A stretch of 64,000 nt of DNA from the NCBI RefSeq assembly GCF_006345805.1, contig NC_042997.1:211420001-211484000 (forward strand), read 5' to 3'. A program made the position numbers and the translations under genes. Under the pieces are notes generated by a model. It had not been told where the DNA came from. It saw nothing but the letters and a program-made list of their open reading frames with translations, and searched no databases. The DNA comes from Octopus sinensis (Eukaryota). Shown one piece after another: positions 23,315 through 55,344 of the stretch. The first letter of the stretch is position 1. Each line of letters opens with the position of its first letter.

Positions 23315-24363
23315 GATATCCTTGATAAAAATTTCAAAGACTACATCTTTATTATGGACTTCTGGTCACACATGTGCAATGATATACAGCAACTAGCCTG
23401 AGCATTACCTGCACCATACATACACATGTGTGTCCCAATGAATTTCTTTCGTCATAATTTAAAGAAAAGCATACTTATTTAATGAGATTTTCTATAAAGA
23501 TGCTTCAGATGGTATAAATTCCAATTCTATTGGAATTTGTTGTAAAAAAAAAATCTTTCAAAACAAATATCTGACATGTATCAATATTTATGTCAGCAAT
23601 TTTTATTTTCATATTAAATTCCATCATTATCGTAATATACAGACTCTTAAAGGTATTTGTGAAAATTTTCATCTAAAAATAACCATTTTCCCAAAAGTTC
23701 TCATCATCATCATCTTTTAACGTCTGTTTTCCATGCTAGCATGGGTTGGAAGGTTCAGCTGGTGTCTGGGAAGCCAGGAGGCTGTACCAGGCTCCAGTCT
23801 GATTTGGTAGTGATTCTACAGCTGGATGCCCTTCCTAATGCCAACCACTCCGTGAGTGTACTGGGGGCTTTTTACGTACCACTGGCACAGGGGCCAGAGG
23901 AGGCTGGCAATGGCCATGATCGGTTGGTGCTTTTTACGTGCCCAAAGGAACCAAATTTGACTGGTGTGAATTTTCTGAAACTCCTCTCTCCACTTCCTCA
24001 AAAACATTTTTTTCACAACAAATTCCGAACTTACTGGAATCTACACCATCTGAAGCCTGTTTTAATAAATGTTTTAAGAAAAAAAGGAGGAGGAAGATCA
24101 CATTTTACTAACCAGTTTCATTGTTTTCAGACTTTGAAAGTTTCAAGTGTGTTCTTCAATGTATTTATAGTCCATGTGGTAGAAGAAACAGATGGAAATA
24201 ATGTTATATAGCCTTGTCGCTATATAAAAGGTCAGGGGGAAATGACTACAAGTTAGCATGACTTCTCTTGCTAAATCATATTTTCAGAAAGGAATATCAT
24301 TATTTATATGGAATAAAGTAGTTCTTTTAAGAGAGAGAAGAATGTTTACTTGTTTATTTTCAG

Positions 24364-42295
<17,932 letters not shown>

Positions 42296-42511
42296 ATATA
42301 ATTGGAATTCATAAAACACATATAATGTGAACAGGAATATATTTAACAGAAGAAAGACAAAGAAAATACAGGAAATTCTCTAATTCTAGGTGCAACCCCA
42401 GGGTCTTTTGTAAGAATAAAACTATTCAATAGAATATTTCTCTATCATTCACACAGTGTTGTTGTCATTTTCTATCTTTTTTTGCTTTAGAAATAATTAT
42501 TGCTAAATATT

Positions 42512-43080
42512 AAAATACATGAAGGTGCATGGCTCAGTGGTTAAAGCATCGGGCTCACAATCATGAGGTAATGAGTTCAATTTCCAGGCTGGGTTGTATG
42601 TTATGTTCTTGAACAAGACACTTTCTTTCACAATGCTCCTTGTTCAGTGAGCTGTAGCAATGAGTTTCCACATCAATGGTGCCAAGCTGTATCGGCCCCT
42701 TTGCCTTTCCCTTGGATAACATTGGTGGTGGGGAGAGAGGAGGCTGGTATGGATGAGTGACTACTGGTCTTCCATAAACAAACCTTGCCTGGACTTGTGC
42801 CTTGGAGGAGAACTTTCTAGGTGCAATCCCACGGTCATTCATGGCTGAAAGGGGTTCTTTACCCTTTTAATATAGAATGCAGGCTAAAGGTGGCAAGCTA
42901 GCAGAACCATTAGCATGCTGGGCAAAATGGTTAGCAGCATTCTCCCTGGCTTTACGTTCTGAGTTCAAATTCCACCAAGGTTGATTTTGCTCTTCATCTT
43001 TTCCGGGGCCTATAAAATAAGTACCAGTTGAACACTGGGGGTCAATATAATCAACTCACCCCTTCCCTTGAAATTGCTGG
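42512..43080 (+). mobile_element. Two adjacent tRNA-derived SINEs (family C ~42512-42870; family B ~42880-43080)
   Basis: A/B boxes tggctcagtggttaaag / gagttcaatttcc; the second copy matches the 3244-3457 element. Confidence 0.7.
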
Positions 43081-43273
43081 CCTTGATCTCTCTCTCTCTA
43101 ATTAAAATTTAATCTTACGTTATTTTACGAAATTTGCATTTTAATCATCTGCAGACACCCATTTGAATATGTTTCCGTTTCATCCATTCACTCATGGCCA
43201 GGCTGTGAAGCAGAGTTGTTTATTTATAGTTGTATAAAGGAAAGGGGAATGATACAGAGGTGTGCTCAGAGAA

Positions 43274-43535
43274 ACACCTTAACTCAAATACCTGTTAACG
43301 ACTCTATTTGGTACACCTTACCTCAAATACCTATTAATGACTCTATTTAGTACATCTTACATCAAATACCTCTTAACAACTCTGTTTTGTACACCTTACT
43401 TTAAATACCTGTTAATGACTCTATTTGGTACAACTTACCTGAAATACCTCTTAATGACTCTATTTGGTACACCTTACCTGAAATACCCCTTAACAACTCT
43501 ATTTCGTACATCTTACCTCAAATGCCTGTTAGCGA
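43274..43535. repeat. 39-bp minisatellite, ~6.5 copies
   Basis: Unit ctcaaatacctgttaa(c/t)gactctatttggtacaccttac; gives a 13-aa periodicity in ORF 43337-43570. Confidence 0.9.
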
Positions 43536-43956
43536 TTCACATATTTTATTTCCTATCAAAACCAGTTTAAATATAAGAAAACAGTTTGATTGCTTAAAAG
43601 GTGACAGAACTGTAGGTAAAGAATATGGATAACTGATTTGAATGGAGAAGGCCACTAGTATTTGCTGATATTGCAATCATGGCAAGACACATTCAACAAC
43701 AAAGTTTTGGACTGGGAACAGACACAAATAAAAGTAAATAAATATTGTAAAATATTTCGTCTCCTACAAACATGTCTGCCACTGTATAAACATAACTGAT
43801 GATGTTAAACATCAAATTCACACATGTTTGGCAGTTGTTTTATGAAAGGAAAATACTTCAATAGCAACAAGAACAACACATTGCTTCTTCAAGACCATTA
43901 TAATGCCATAGGATAAAAGAAATGGTCAAATAGAGTATTAAAGAAATATATTTCTT

Positions 43957-46900
43957 AGACAGGTGTAAGATAGTGTCAATGACATAGTGTGTGGTAGAGT
44001 ATATCTGAGAGAGTGTCAGGCATTGCATGTGGGACAGTTCAAGGCAACGAAAATGAGACAGTGTGTGGCAGAGTGGGAGAGTATATCTGAGAGAGTGTCA
44101 GACATTGCATGTGGGACAATTCAAGGCAACAAAAATGAGACAGTCTAAGGTAGTGTATATGAGACTGTGTGGCAGAATGGGAGAGTATACCTGAGAGAGT
44201 GTCAGACATTGCATGTGGGACAGTTCAAGGCAACGAAAGTGAGACAGTGTGAGGTAGTGTATATGAGACAGTGTGTGGCAGAATGGGAGAGTATACCTGA
44301 GAGAGTGTCAGACATTGCATGTGGGACAGTTCAAGGCAACGAAAATGAGACAGTCTAAGGTAGTGCATATGAGACTGTGTGTGACAGAGTGGGAGAATAT
44401 ATCTGAGAGAGTGTCGGACATTGCATGTGGGACAGTTCAAGGCAACGAAAATGAGATAGTGTGAGGTAGTGTATATGAGACAAGTGTGTGAAAGAGTGGG
44501 AGAGTATATCTGAGAGAGTGTCAGACATTGCATGTGGGACGGTTCAAGGCAACGAAAATGAGATAGTGTGAGGTAGTGTATATGAGACTGTGTGTGACAG
44601 AGTGGGAGAGTATATCTGAGAGAGTGTCAGACATTGCATGTGGGACAGTCAAAGAAAACGAAAATGAGATAGTGTGAGGGAGTGTAGATGAGACAAGTGT
44701 GTGAAAGAGTGGGAGAGTATATCTGAGAGAGTGTCAGACATTGCATGTGGGAGAGTTCAAGGCAACGAAAATGAGATAGTGTCAATGAGACAGTGTGTGG
44801 GAGAGTGAAGAGTATATCTGAGAGAGTGTCAGACATTGCATGTGGGCCAGTTCAAGGCAATGAAAATGAGACAGTGTGAAGTAGTGTAGATGAGACAGTG
44901 TGTGGGAGAGTGGGAGAGTATTATCTGAGAGAGTGTCAGACATTGCATGTGGGACAGTTCAAGGCAACGAAAATGAGACAGTGTGAGTAGTGTCAATGAG
45001 ACAGTGTGTGGGAGAGTGGGAGAGTATATCTGAGAGAGTGTCAGACATTGCATGTGGGACAGTTCAAGGCAACGAAAATGAGACAGTGTGAAGTAGTGTA
45101 CATGAGACAGTGTGTGACAGAGTCGGAGAGTATATCTGAGAGAGTGTCAGACATTGCATGTGGGACAGTTCAAGGCAACGTAAATGAGACAGTGTGAGGT
45201 AGTGTATATGAGACAGTGTGTGGGAGAGTATATCTGAGAGAGTGTCAGACATTGCATGTGGGCCAGTTCAAGGCAACGAAAATGAGACAGTGTGAGGTAG
45301 TGTATATGAGACAGTGTGTGGGAGAGTATATCTGAGAGAGTGTCAGACATTGCATGTGGGCCAGTTCAAGGCAACGAAAATGAGACAGTGTGAGGTAGTG
45401 TCAATGAGACAGTGTGTGGGAGAGTGGGAGAATATATCTGAGAGAGTGTCTGACATTGCATGTGGGCCAGTTCAAGGCAACGAAAATGAGACAGTGTGAG
45501 GTAGTGTATATGAGACAGTGTGTGGGAGATTGGGAGAGTATATCTGAGAGAGTGTCAGACATTGCATGTGGGACAGTTCAAGGCAACGAAAATGAGACAG
45601 TGTGAGGTAGTGTCAATGAGACAGTGTGTGGGAGAGTGGGAGAGTATATCTGAGAGAGTGTCAGACATTGCATGTGGGCCAGTTCAAGGCAACGAAAATG
45701 AGACAGTGTGAGGTAGTGTATATGAGACAGTGTGTGCCAGAATGGGAGAGTATATCTGAGAGAGTGCCAGACATTGCATGTGGGACAGTTCAAGGCAACG
45801 AAAATGAGACAGTGTGAAGTAGTGTATATGAGACAGTGTGTGACAGAGTGGGAGAGTATATCTGAGAGAGTGTCAGACATTGCATGTGGGACAGTTCAAG
45901 GCAACGAAAGTGAGATAGTGTGAGGTAGTGTCAATGAGACAGTGTGTGGCAGAATGGGAGAGTATATCTGAGGAGTGTCAGACATTGCATATGGGACAGT
46001 TCAAGGCAACGAAAATGAGACAGTGTGAGGTAGTGTATATGAGACAAGTGTGTGACAGAGTGGGAGAGTATATCTGAGAGAGTGTCAGACATTGCATGTG
46101 GGCCAGTTCAAGGCAACGAAAATGAGACAGTGTGACGTAGTGTATATGAGACAGTGTGTGGCAGAATGGGAGAGTATATCTGAGAGAGTGTCAGACATTG
46201 CATGTGGGACAGTTCAAGGCAACGAAAATGAGACAGTGTGAGGTAGTGTATATGAGACAAGTGTGTGACAGAGTGGGAGAGTATATCTGAGAGAGTGTCA
46301 GACATTGCATGTGGGAAAGTTCAAGGCAACAAAAATGAGACAGTGTGAGGTAGTGTATATGAGACAGTGTGTGACAGAGTGGGAGAGTATATCTGAGAGA
46401 GTGTCAGACGTTGCATGTGGGAAAGTTCAAGGCAACAAAAATGAGACAGTGTGAGGTAGTGTATATGAGACAAATGTGTGAAAGAGTGAGAGAGTATATC
46501 TGAGAGAGTGTCAGACATTGCATGTGGGACTGTTCAAGGCAACGAAAATGAGACAGTGTGAGCTAGTGTGTGACAGAGTGGGAGAGTATATCTGAGAGAG
46601 TGTCAGACATTGCATGTGGGACAGTTCAAGACAACGAAAATGAGACTGTGAAGTACTGTATATGAGACAGTGTGTGGGAGAGTATATTTGAGATAGTGTC
46701 AGACATTGCATGTGGGACAGTTCAAGGCAACAAAAATGAGACAGTGTGAGGTAGTGTATATGAGACAGTGTGTGGCAGAATGGGAGAGTATATCTGAGAG
46801 AGTGTCTGACATTGCATGTCAGACAGTTCAAGGCAACAAAAATGGGACAGTGTGAGGTAGTGTATATGAGACAGTGTGTGGGCGAGTGGGAGAGTATATC

Positions 46901-49900
46901 TGAGAGAGTGTCAGACATTGCATGTGGGACAGTTCAAGGCAACGAAAATGAGACAGTGTGAGGTAGTGTATATGAGACAGTGTGTGGCAGAATGGGAGAG
47001 TATATCTGAGAGAGTGTCAGACATTGCTTGTGGGACAGTTCAAGGCAACGAAAATGAGACAGTGTGAGCTAGTGTGTGACAGAGTGGGAGAGTATATCTG
47101 AGAGAGTGTCAGACATTGCATGTGGGACAGTTCAAGACAACGAAAATGAGACAGTGTGAAGTACTGTATATGAGACAGTGTGTGGGAGAGTATATTTGAG
47201 AGAGTGTCAGACATTGCATGTGGGACAGTTCAAGGCAACAAAAATGAGACAGTGTGAGGTAGTGTATATGAGACAGTGTGTGGCAGAATGGGAGAGTATA
47301 TCTGAGAGAGTGTCTGACATTGCATGTCAGACAGTTCAAGGCAACAAAAATGGGACAGTGTGAGGTAGTGTATATGAGACAGTGTGTGGGAGAGTGGGAG
47401 AATATATCTGAGAGAGTGTCAGACATTGCATGTAGGACAGTTCAAGGCAACGAAAATGAGACAGTGTGAGCTAGTGTATATGAGACAGTGTGTGACAGAG
47501 TGGGAGAGTATATCTGAGAGAGTGTCAGACATTGCATGTGGGACAGTTCAAGGCAACGAAAATGAGACAGTGTGAGGTAGTGTATATGAGACAGTGTGTG
47601 GCAGAATGGGAGAGTATATCTGAGGAGTGTCAGACATTGCATGTGGGCCAGTTCAAGGCAACGAAAATGAGACAGTGTGAGGTAGTGTATATGAGACAAG
47701 TGTGTGACAGAGTGGGAGAGTATATCTGAGAGAGTATCAGACATTGCATGTGGGCCAGTTCAAGGCAACAAAAATGAGACACTGTGAGGTAGTGTATATG
47801 AGACAGTGTGTGACAGAGTGGGAGAGTATATCTGAGAGAGTGTCAGACATTGCATGTGGGACAGTTCAAGACAACGAAAATGAGGCAGTGTGAAGTAATG
47901 TATATGAGACAGTGTGTGGGAGAGTATATTTGAGAGAGTGTCAGACATTGCATGTGGGACAGTTCAAGGCAACAAAAATGAGACAGTGTGAGGTAGTGTA
48001 TATGAGACAGTGTGTGGCAGAATGGGAGAGTATATCTGAGAATGTCAGATATTGCATGTCAGACAGTTCAAGGCAACAAAAATGGGACAGTGTGAGGTAG
48101 TGTATATGAGACAGTGTGTGGGAGAGTGGGTGAGTATATCTGAGAGAGTGTCAGACATTGCATGTGGGACAGTTCAAGGCAACGAAAATGAGACAGTGTG
48201 AGCTAGTGTATATGAGACAGTGTGTGACAGAGTGGGAGAGTATATCTGAGAGAGTGTCAGACATTGCATGTGGGACAGTTCAAGACAACGAAAATGAGAC
48301 AGTGTGAAGTACTATATATGAGACAGTGTGTGGGAGAGTATATTTGAGAGAGTGTCAGACATTGCATGTGGGACAGTTCAAGGCAACAAAAATGAGACAG
48401 TGTGAGGTAGTGTATATGAGACAGTGTGTGGCAGAATGGGAGAGTATATCCGAGAGAGTGTCTGACATTGCATGTCAGACAGTTCAAGGCAACAAAAATG
48501 GGACAGTGTGAGGTAGTGTATATGAGACAGTGTGTGACAGAGTGGGAGAGTATATCTGAGAGAGTGTCAGACATTGCATGTGGGACAGTTCAAGGCAACA
48601 AAAATGAGACAGTGTGAAGTAGTGTACATGAGACAGTGTGTGACAGAGTCGGAGAGTATATCTGAGAGAGTGTCAGACATTGCATGTGGGACAGTTCAAG
48701 GCAACGTAAATGAGACAGTGTGAGGTAGTGTATATGAGACAGTGTGTGGGAGAGTATATCTGAGAGAGTGTCAGACATTGCATGTGGGCCAGTTCAAGGC
48801 AACGAAAATGAGACAGTGTGAGGTAGTGTATATGAGACAGTGTGTGGGAGAGTGGGAGAGTATATCTGAGAGAGTGTCAGACATTGCATGTGGGCCAGTT
48901 CAAGGCAACGAAAATGAGACAGTGTGAGGTAGTGTCAATGAGACAGTGTGTGGGAGAGTGGGAGAATATATCTGAGAGAGTGTCTGACATTGCATGTGGG
49001 CCAGTTCAAGGCAACGAAAATGAGACAGTGTGAGGTAGTGTATATAAGACAGTGTGTGACAGAGTGGGAGAGTATATCTGAGAGAGTGTCAGACATTGCA
49101 TGTGGGCCAGTTCAAGGCAACGAAAATGAGACAGTGTGAGGTAATGTCAATGAGACAGTGTGTGGGAGAGTGGGAGAGTATATCTGAGAGAGTGTCAGAC
49201 GTTGCATGTGGGCCAGTTCAAGGCAACGAAAATGAGACAGTGTGAGGTAGTGTATATGAGACAGTGTGTGGGAGATTGGGAGAGTATATCTGAGAGATTG
49301 TCAGACATTGCATGTGGGACAGTTCAAGGCAACGAAAATGAGACAGTGTGAGGTAGTGTCAATGAGACAGTGTGTGGGAGAGTGGGAGAGTATATCTGAG
49401 AGAGTGTCAGACATTGCATGTGGGCCAGTTCAAGGCAACGAAAATGAGACAGTGTGAGGTAGTGTATATGAGACAGTGTGTGGGAGAGTGGGAGAGTATA
49501 TCTGAGAGAGTGTCAGACATTGCATGTGGGACAGTTCAAGGCAACGAAAATGAGACAGTGTGAGCTAGTGTATATGAGACAGTGTGTGACAGAGTGGGAG
49601 AGTATATCTGAGAGAGTGTCAGACATTGCATGTGGGACAGTTCAAGACAACGAAAATGAGACAGTGTGAAGTACTGTATATGAGACAGTGTGTGGGAGAG
49701 TATATTTGAGAGAGTGTCAGACATTGCATGTGGGACAGTTCAAGGCAACAAAAATGAGACACTGTGAGGTAGTGTATATGAGACAGTGTGTGGCAGAATG
49801 GGAGAGTATATCCGAGAGAGTGTCTGACATTGCATGTCAGACAGTTCAAGGCAACAAAAATGGGACAGTGTGAGGTAGTGTATATGAGACAGTGTGTGGC

Positions 49901-52900
49901 AGAATGGGAGAGTATATCCGAGAGAGTGTCTGACATTGCATGTCAGACAGTTCAAGGCAACAAAAATGGGACAGTGTGAGGTAGTGTATATGAGACAGTG
50001 TGTGGGAGAGTGGGAGAGTATATCTGAGAGAGTGTCAGACATTGCATGTGGGACAGTTCAAGGCAACGAAAATGAGACAGTGTGAGCTAGTGTATATGAG
50101 ACAGTGTGTGACAGAGTGGGAGAATATATCTGAGAGAGTGCCAGACATTGCATGTGGGACAGTTCAAGGCAACGTAAATGAGACAGTGTGAGGTAGTGTA
50201 TATGAGACAGTGTGTGGGAGAGTATATCTGAGAGAGTGTCAGACATTGCATGTGGGACAGTTCAAGGCAACGTAAATGAGACAGTGTGAAGTAGTGTACA
50301 TGAGACAGTGTGTGACAGAGTCGGAGAGTATATCTGAGAGAATGTCAGACATTGCATGTGGGACAGTTCAAGGCAACGTAAATGAGACAGTGTGAGGTAG
50401 TGTATATGAGACAGTGTGTGGGAGAGTATATCTGAGAGAGTGTCAGACATTGCATGTGGGCCAGTTCAAGGCAACGAAAATGAGACAGTGTGAGGTAGTG
50501 TATATGAGACAGTGTGTGGGAGAGTGGGAGAGTATATCTGAGAGAGTGTCAGACATTGCATGTGGGCCAGTTCAAGGCAACGAAAATGAGACAGTGTGAG
50601 GTAGTGTCAATGAGACAGTGTGTGGGAGAGTGGGAGAATATATCTGAGAGAGTGTCTGACATTGCATGTGGGCCAGTTCAAGGCAACGAAAATGAGACAG
50701 TGTGAGGTGGTGTATATGAGACAGTGTGTGACAGAGTGGGAGAGTATATCTGAGAGAGTGTCAGACATTGCATGTGGGCCAGTTCAAGGCAACGAAAATG
50801 AGACAGTGTGAGGTAGTGTCAATGAGACAGTGTGTGGGAGAGTTGGAGAGTATATCTGAGAGAGTGTCAGACGTTGCATGTGGGCCAGTTCAAGGCAACG
50901 AAAATGAGACAGTGTGAGGTAGTGTATATGAGACAGTGTGTGCCAGAATGGGAGAGTATATCTGAGAGAGTGTCACACATTGCATGTGGGACAGTTCAAG
51001 GCAACGAAAGTGAGATAGTGTGAGGTAGTGTCAATGAGACAGTGTGTGGCAGAATAGGAGAGCATATCTGAGGAGTGTCAGACATTGCATGTGGGACAGT
51101 TCAAGGCAACGAAAATTAGACAGTGTGAGGTAGTGTATATGAGACAAGTGTGTGACAGAGTGGGAGAGTATATCTGAGAGATTGTCAGACATTGCATGTG
51201 GGCCAGTTCAAGGCAACGAAAATGAGACAGTGTGAGGTAGTGTATATGAGACAGTGTGTGGCAGAATGGGAGAGTATATCTGAGAGAGTGTCAGACATTG
51301 CATGTGGGACAGTTCAAGGCAACGAAAATGAGACAGTGTGAGGTAGTGTATATGAGACAAGTGTGTGACAGAGTGGGAGAGTATATCTGAGAGAGTGTCA
51401 GACATTGCATGTGGGACAGTTCAAGGCAACAAAAATGAGACAGTGTGAGGTAGTGTATATGAGACAGTGTGTGACAGAGTGGGAGAGTATATCTGAGAGA
51501 GTGTCAGACATTGCATGTGGGAAAGTTCAAGGCAACAAAAATGAGACAGTGTGAGGTAGTGTATATGAGACAAATGTGTGAAAGAGTGGGAGAGTATATC
51601 TGAGAGAGTGTCAGACATTGCATGTGGGACAGTTCAAGGCAACGAAAATGAGACAGTGTGAGGTAGTATGTGACAGAGTGGGAGAGTATATCTGAGAGAG
51701 TGTCAGACATTGCATGTGGGACAGTTCAAGACAACGAAAATGAGACAGTGTGAAGTACTGTATATGAGACAGTGTGTGGGAGAGTATATTTGAGAGAGTG
51801 TCAGACATTGCATGTGGGACAGTTCAAGGCAACAAAAAGGAGACAGTGTGAGGTAGTGTATATGAGACAGTGTGTGGCAGAATGGGAGAGTATATCTGAG
51901 AGAGTGTCTGACATTGCATGTCAGACAGTTCAAGGCAACAAAAATGGGACAGTGTGAGGTAGTGTATATGAGACAGTGTGTGGGAGAGTGGGAGAGTATA
52001 TCTGAGAGAGTGTCAGACATTGCATGTGGGACAGTTCAAGGCAACGAAAATGAGACAGTGTGAGCTAGTGTATATGAGACAGTGTGTGACAGAGTGGGAG
52101 AGTATATCTGAGAGAGTGTCAGACATTGCATGTGGGACAGTTCAAGGCAACGAAAATGAGACAGTGTGAGGTAGTGTATATGAGACAGTGTGTGGCAGAA
52201 TGGGGGAGTATATCTGAGGAGTGTCAGACATTGCATGTGGGACAGTTCAAGGCAACGAAAATGAGACAGTGTGAGGTAGTGTATATGAGACAAGTGTGTG
52301 ACAGAGTGGGAGAGTATATCTGAGAGAGTGTCAGACATTGCATGTGGGCCAGTTCAAGGCAACGAAAATGAGACAGTGTGAGGTAGTGTATATGAGACAG
52401 TGTGTGCCAGAATGGGAGAGTATATCTGAGAGAGTGTCAGACATTGCATGTGGGACAGTTCAAGGCAACGAAAATGAGACAGTGTGAGGTAGTGTATATG
52501 AGACAAGTGTGTGACAGAGTGGGAGAGTATATCTGAGAGAGTGTCAGACATTGCATGTGGGCCAGTTCAAGGCAACAAAAATGAGACACTGTGAGGTAGT
52601 GTATCTGAGACAGTGTGTGACAGAGTGGGAGAGTATATCTGAGAGAGTGTCAGACATTGCATGTGGGACAGTTCAAGGCAACGAAAATGAGACAGTGTGA
52701 GGTAGTGTATATGAGACAAGTGTGTGAAAGAGTGGGAGAGTATATCTGAGAGAGTGTCAGACATTGCATGTGGGACAGTTCAAGGCAACGAAAATGAGAC
52801 AGTGTGAGCTAGTGTATATGAGACAGTGTGTGACAGAGTGGGAGAGTATATCTGAGAGAGTGTCAGACATTGCATGTGGGACAGTTCAAGGCCACGAAAA

Positions 52901-53124
52901 TGAGACAGAGAGTGGGAAAGTATATCTGAGAGAGTGTCAGACATTGCATGTGGGACAGTTCAAGGCTACGGAAACGAGACAGTGTGAGGTAGTGTCAATG
53001 GGACAGTGTGTGACAGAGTGGGAGAATATATCTGAGAGAGTGTCTGACATTGCATGTGGGACAGTTCAAGGCAACGAAAATGAGACAGTGTGAGGTAGTG
53101 TCAATGGGACAGTGTGTGGGAGAG
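43957..53124. repeat. 106-bp satellite array, ~9.2 kb, roughly 85-90 units
   Basis: Unit gagacagtgtgtgggagagtgggagagtatatctgagagagtgtcagacattgcatgtgggacagttcaaggcaacgaaaatgagacagtgtgaggtagtgtatat; repeated ORFs recur at 106-nt offsets; shorter variants (~100 and ~82 bp) are also present. Confidence 0.97.
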
Positions 53125-55268
53125 CCGAATGTTGACCCAACAGAGGGACCAGCTATCCGAGTTGACAGTAACTTTGTTGATAAAGCAATTAAGAGTATGA
53201 AGACAGGGAGAGTCCCCGGCCCATCAGCAATCACTGCAGATATGCTTGAAATATCTGGTGCTGTCGGCTATAGCCTAGTCACCTGTATAGTTAACCAAGT
53301 GATACATGAAGGAGTCATACCCAATGATTGGTGTAGCAGCACCATAGTCAACTGCTACAAAGGTAAAGGTGATGCATTAGATACTATAATTACAGATGTA
53401 TCAAGTTGTTGGATCAGGTAATGAAGGTTACAGAGAGGGTTGTAACCCAACTAATTTGGGAGAGAGTTAGTTCAGACGAGATGCAGTTTGGGTTTGTGCC
53501 AGGTAAAAGCACCACTGATGTTATATTTCTGGTAAGACAGCTGCAAGAGAAATACCTAGCCAAACATAAACCTTTGTACTTGGCTTTTGTTAATATAAAG
53601 AAAGCCTTTGACTGGGTGCCCCAATCCCTTATCTGGTGGTCAATGAGGAAACTAGGGATAGATGAATGGTTAGTGAGAGCTGTGCACGCCATGTACAGGG
53701 ATGCTGTCAGTAAGATAAGGGTCGGCAATGAGTATAGTGAAGAATTCCAGGTAGAAGTAGAGGTTCACTAAGGATTGGTCTTCAGGCCCCTTTCATAGTT
53801 GTACAGAAAATAAAAGAGGAATTCAAGACAGTCTGCCCTTGGGAGCTTCTCTATGCTGATGACCTTGCTCTAATAGCTGACTCACTACCAGAACTAGAGA
53901 AGACATTTCAGGTGCGGAAGCAAGGTCTAAAAATTGAAGGGCCTTAGAGTCGATCTAGCAAAAACTAAAGCCTTAATAAGAAGGCAGACATCCCACAAAT
54001 CCCTTCAGATAGATGGCCCTGCTCAATTTGTAGGAAATGTGTAGATAGAAACTCCATAAGATGTACCCGGTATAAGATATAGACACATGAGAGATGCAGC
54101 AATATCAAAGGGGTGGGGCTAACTGGGAAGATAGTTTTTGTGTGTGACAGATGCTCAGGAGCAATAAACACTGAAGATGTGCAGAAAACAAATTACATCA
54201 CATTCCAGGGTGAAAAACTAGAAGTAGTTGACAGCTTCTGTTACCTAGGTGACCAACCCAGTAGTAGGGGGTGAATGCTCTGAGAGCATAACTGTTAGAA
54301 TAAGCATATCCTGGGCAAAGTTCAGAAAGCTCCTACCTCTGCTGGTAACAAAGGGCCTCTCACTCAGAGTGAAAGGCAGACTGTATGACGCATGCATGTG
54401 AACAGTCATGCTACATGGGATGTGACTGCTGAGGACATGCGTAAGCTTGCAATAAATGAAGCTTGTATGCTCCACTGGATGTGTAATGTCAGTGTGCATA
54501 CACAACAGAGTGTAAGTGGCCTAAGAGAAGAGTTGGACTTAAGAAGCATCAGATGTGGTGTGCAAGAGAGACGACTGGTATGGTCATGAGACACTAATGG
54601 ATGAGGTCAGTTGTGTGAAAAAGTGTCACACTCTAACAGTGGAGGGAACCTGTGGAAGTAGTAGACCCAGGAAGACCTGAGATGAGGTGGTGAAGCACAA
54701 CCATCAAACGTTGGGCCTCACGGAGGTGATGACAAGTGACCGAGACCTTTGGAGATACGCTGTGCTTGAGAAGAACAGGCATGCCAAGTGAGCCCATAGC
54801 TATGGCCTATGTCAGTGTCACAGAACTGGCCCATTTAAGAGTACCCTTCAATCATTGAGCATTATGCTTGAGAAAACTTGATGAGTTAAGTGAAATCGTT
54901 GACGTGGCAGATGCCAGTCCCGCGACTGGTACCCATGCTGGTGGCATGTAAAAAGCATTATTCAAGTGTAGTTATTGCTTGTGCTGCCTGACTGGCTCCC
55001 GTGCCTGGTGCACATAAAAAGCACCCTTTGAGTGTGGTTGATGCCAGTGCCACCTAACTGGCCTCCGCACCGGTGGCACATTAAAAGCACCCACTACACT
55101 CTTGGAGTGATTGACGTTAGGAAGGGCATCCAGCTGTAGAAACTCTGCCAGATCAGACTGGAGCCTGGTGCAGCCTCCTGGCTTGCCAGTCCCCAGACAA
55201 GCTGTCCAACCCATGCCAGCATGGAAAGCGGACGTTAAACGACGACGACGACGATGATGATGATGATG
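53125..55268 (+). mobile_element. 5'-truncated RTE LINE (linker, RT, C-terminus, 3' UTR, (GAC)n(GAT)n tail)
   Basis: PNVDPTEGPAI, QFGFVPGKSTTD.IF.VRQLQEKYL, KAFD and LYADD (53851-53865); stops and frameshifts present. Confidence 0.92.
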
Positions 55269-55344
55269 GTGTTGACTATATGCATATAAACTGACACCAA
55301 GTGTTTGTAGTAACCACGCTACACATGTATTATATATGTGTATA

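Noticed and set aside
44167-53093. Dozens of 61-135 aa ORFs on both strands of the satellite
   Set aside because: 106 is not a multiple of 3, so the frames rotate and terminate every two units. These are artefacts of the tandem repeat.
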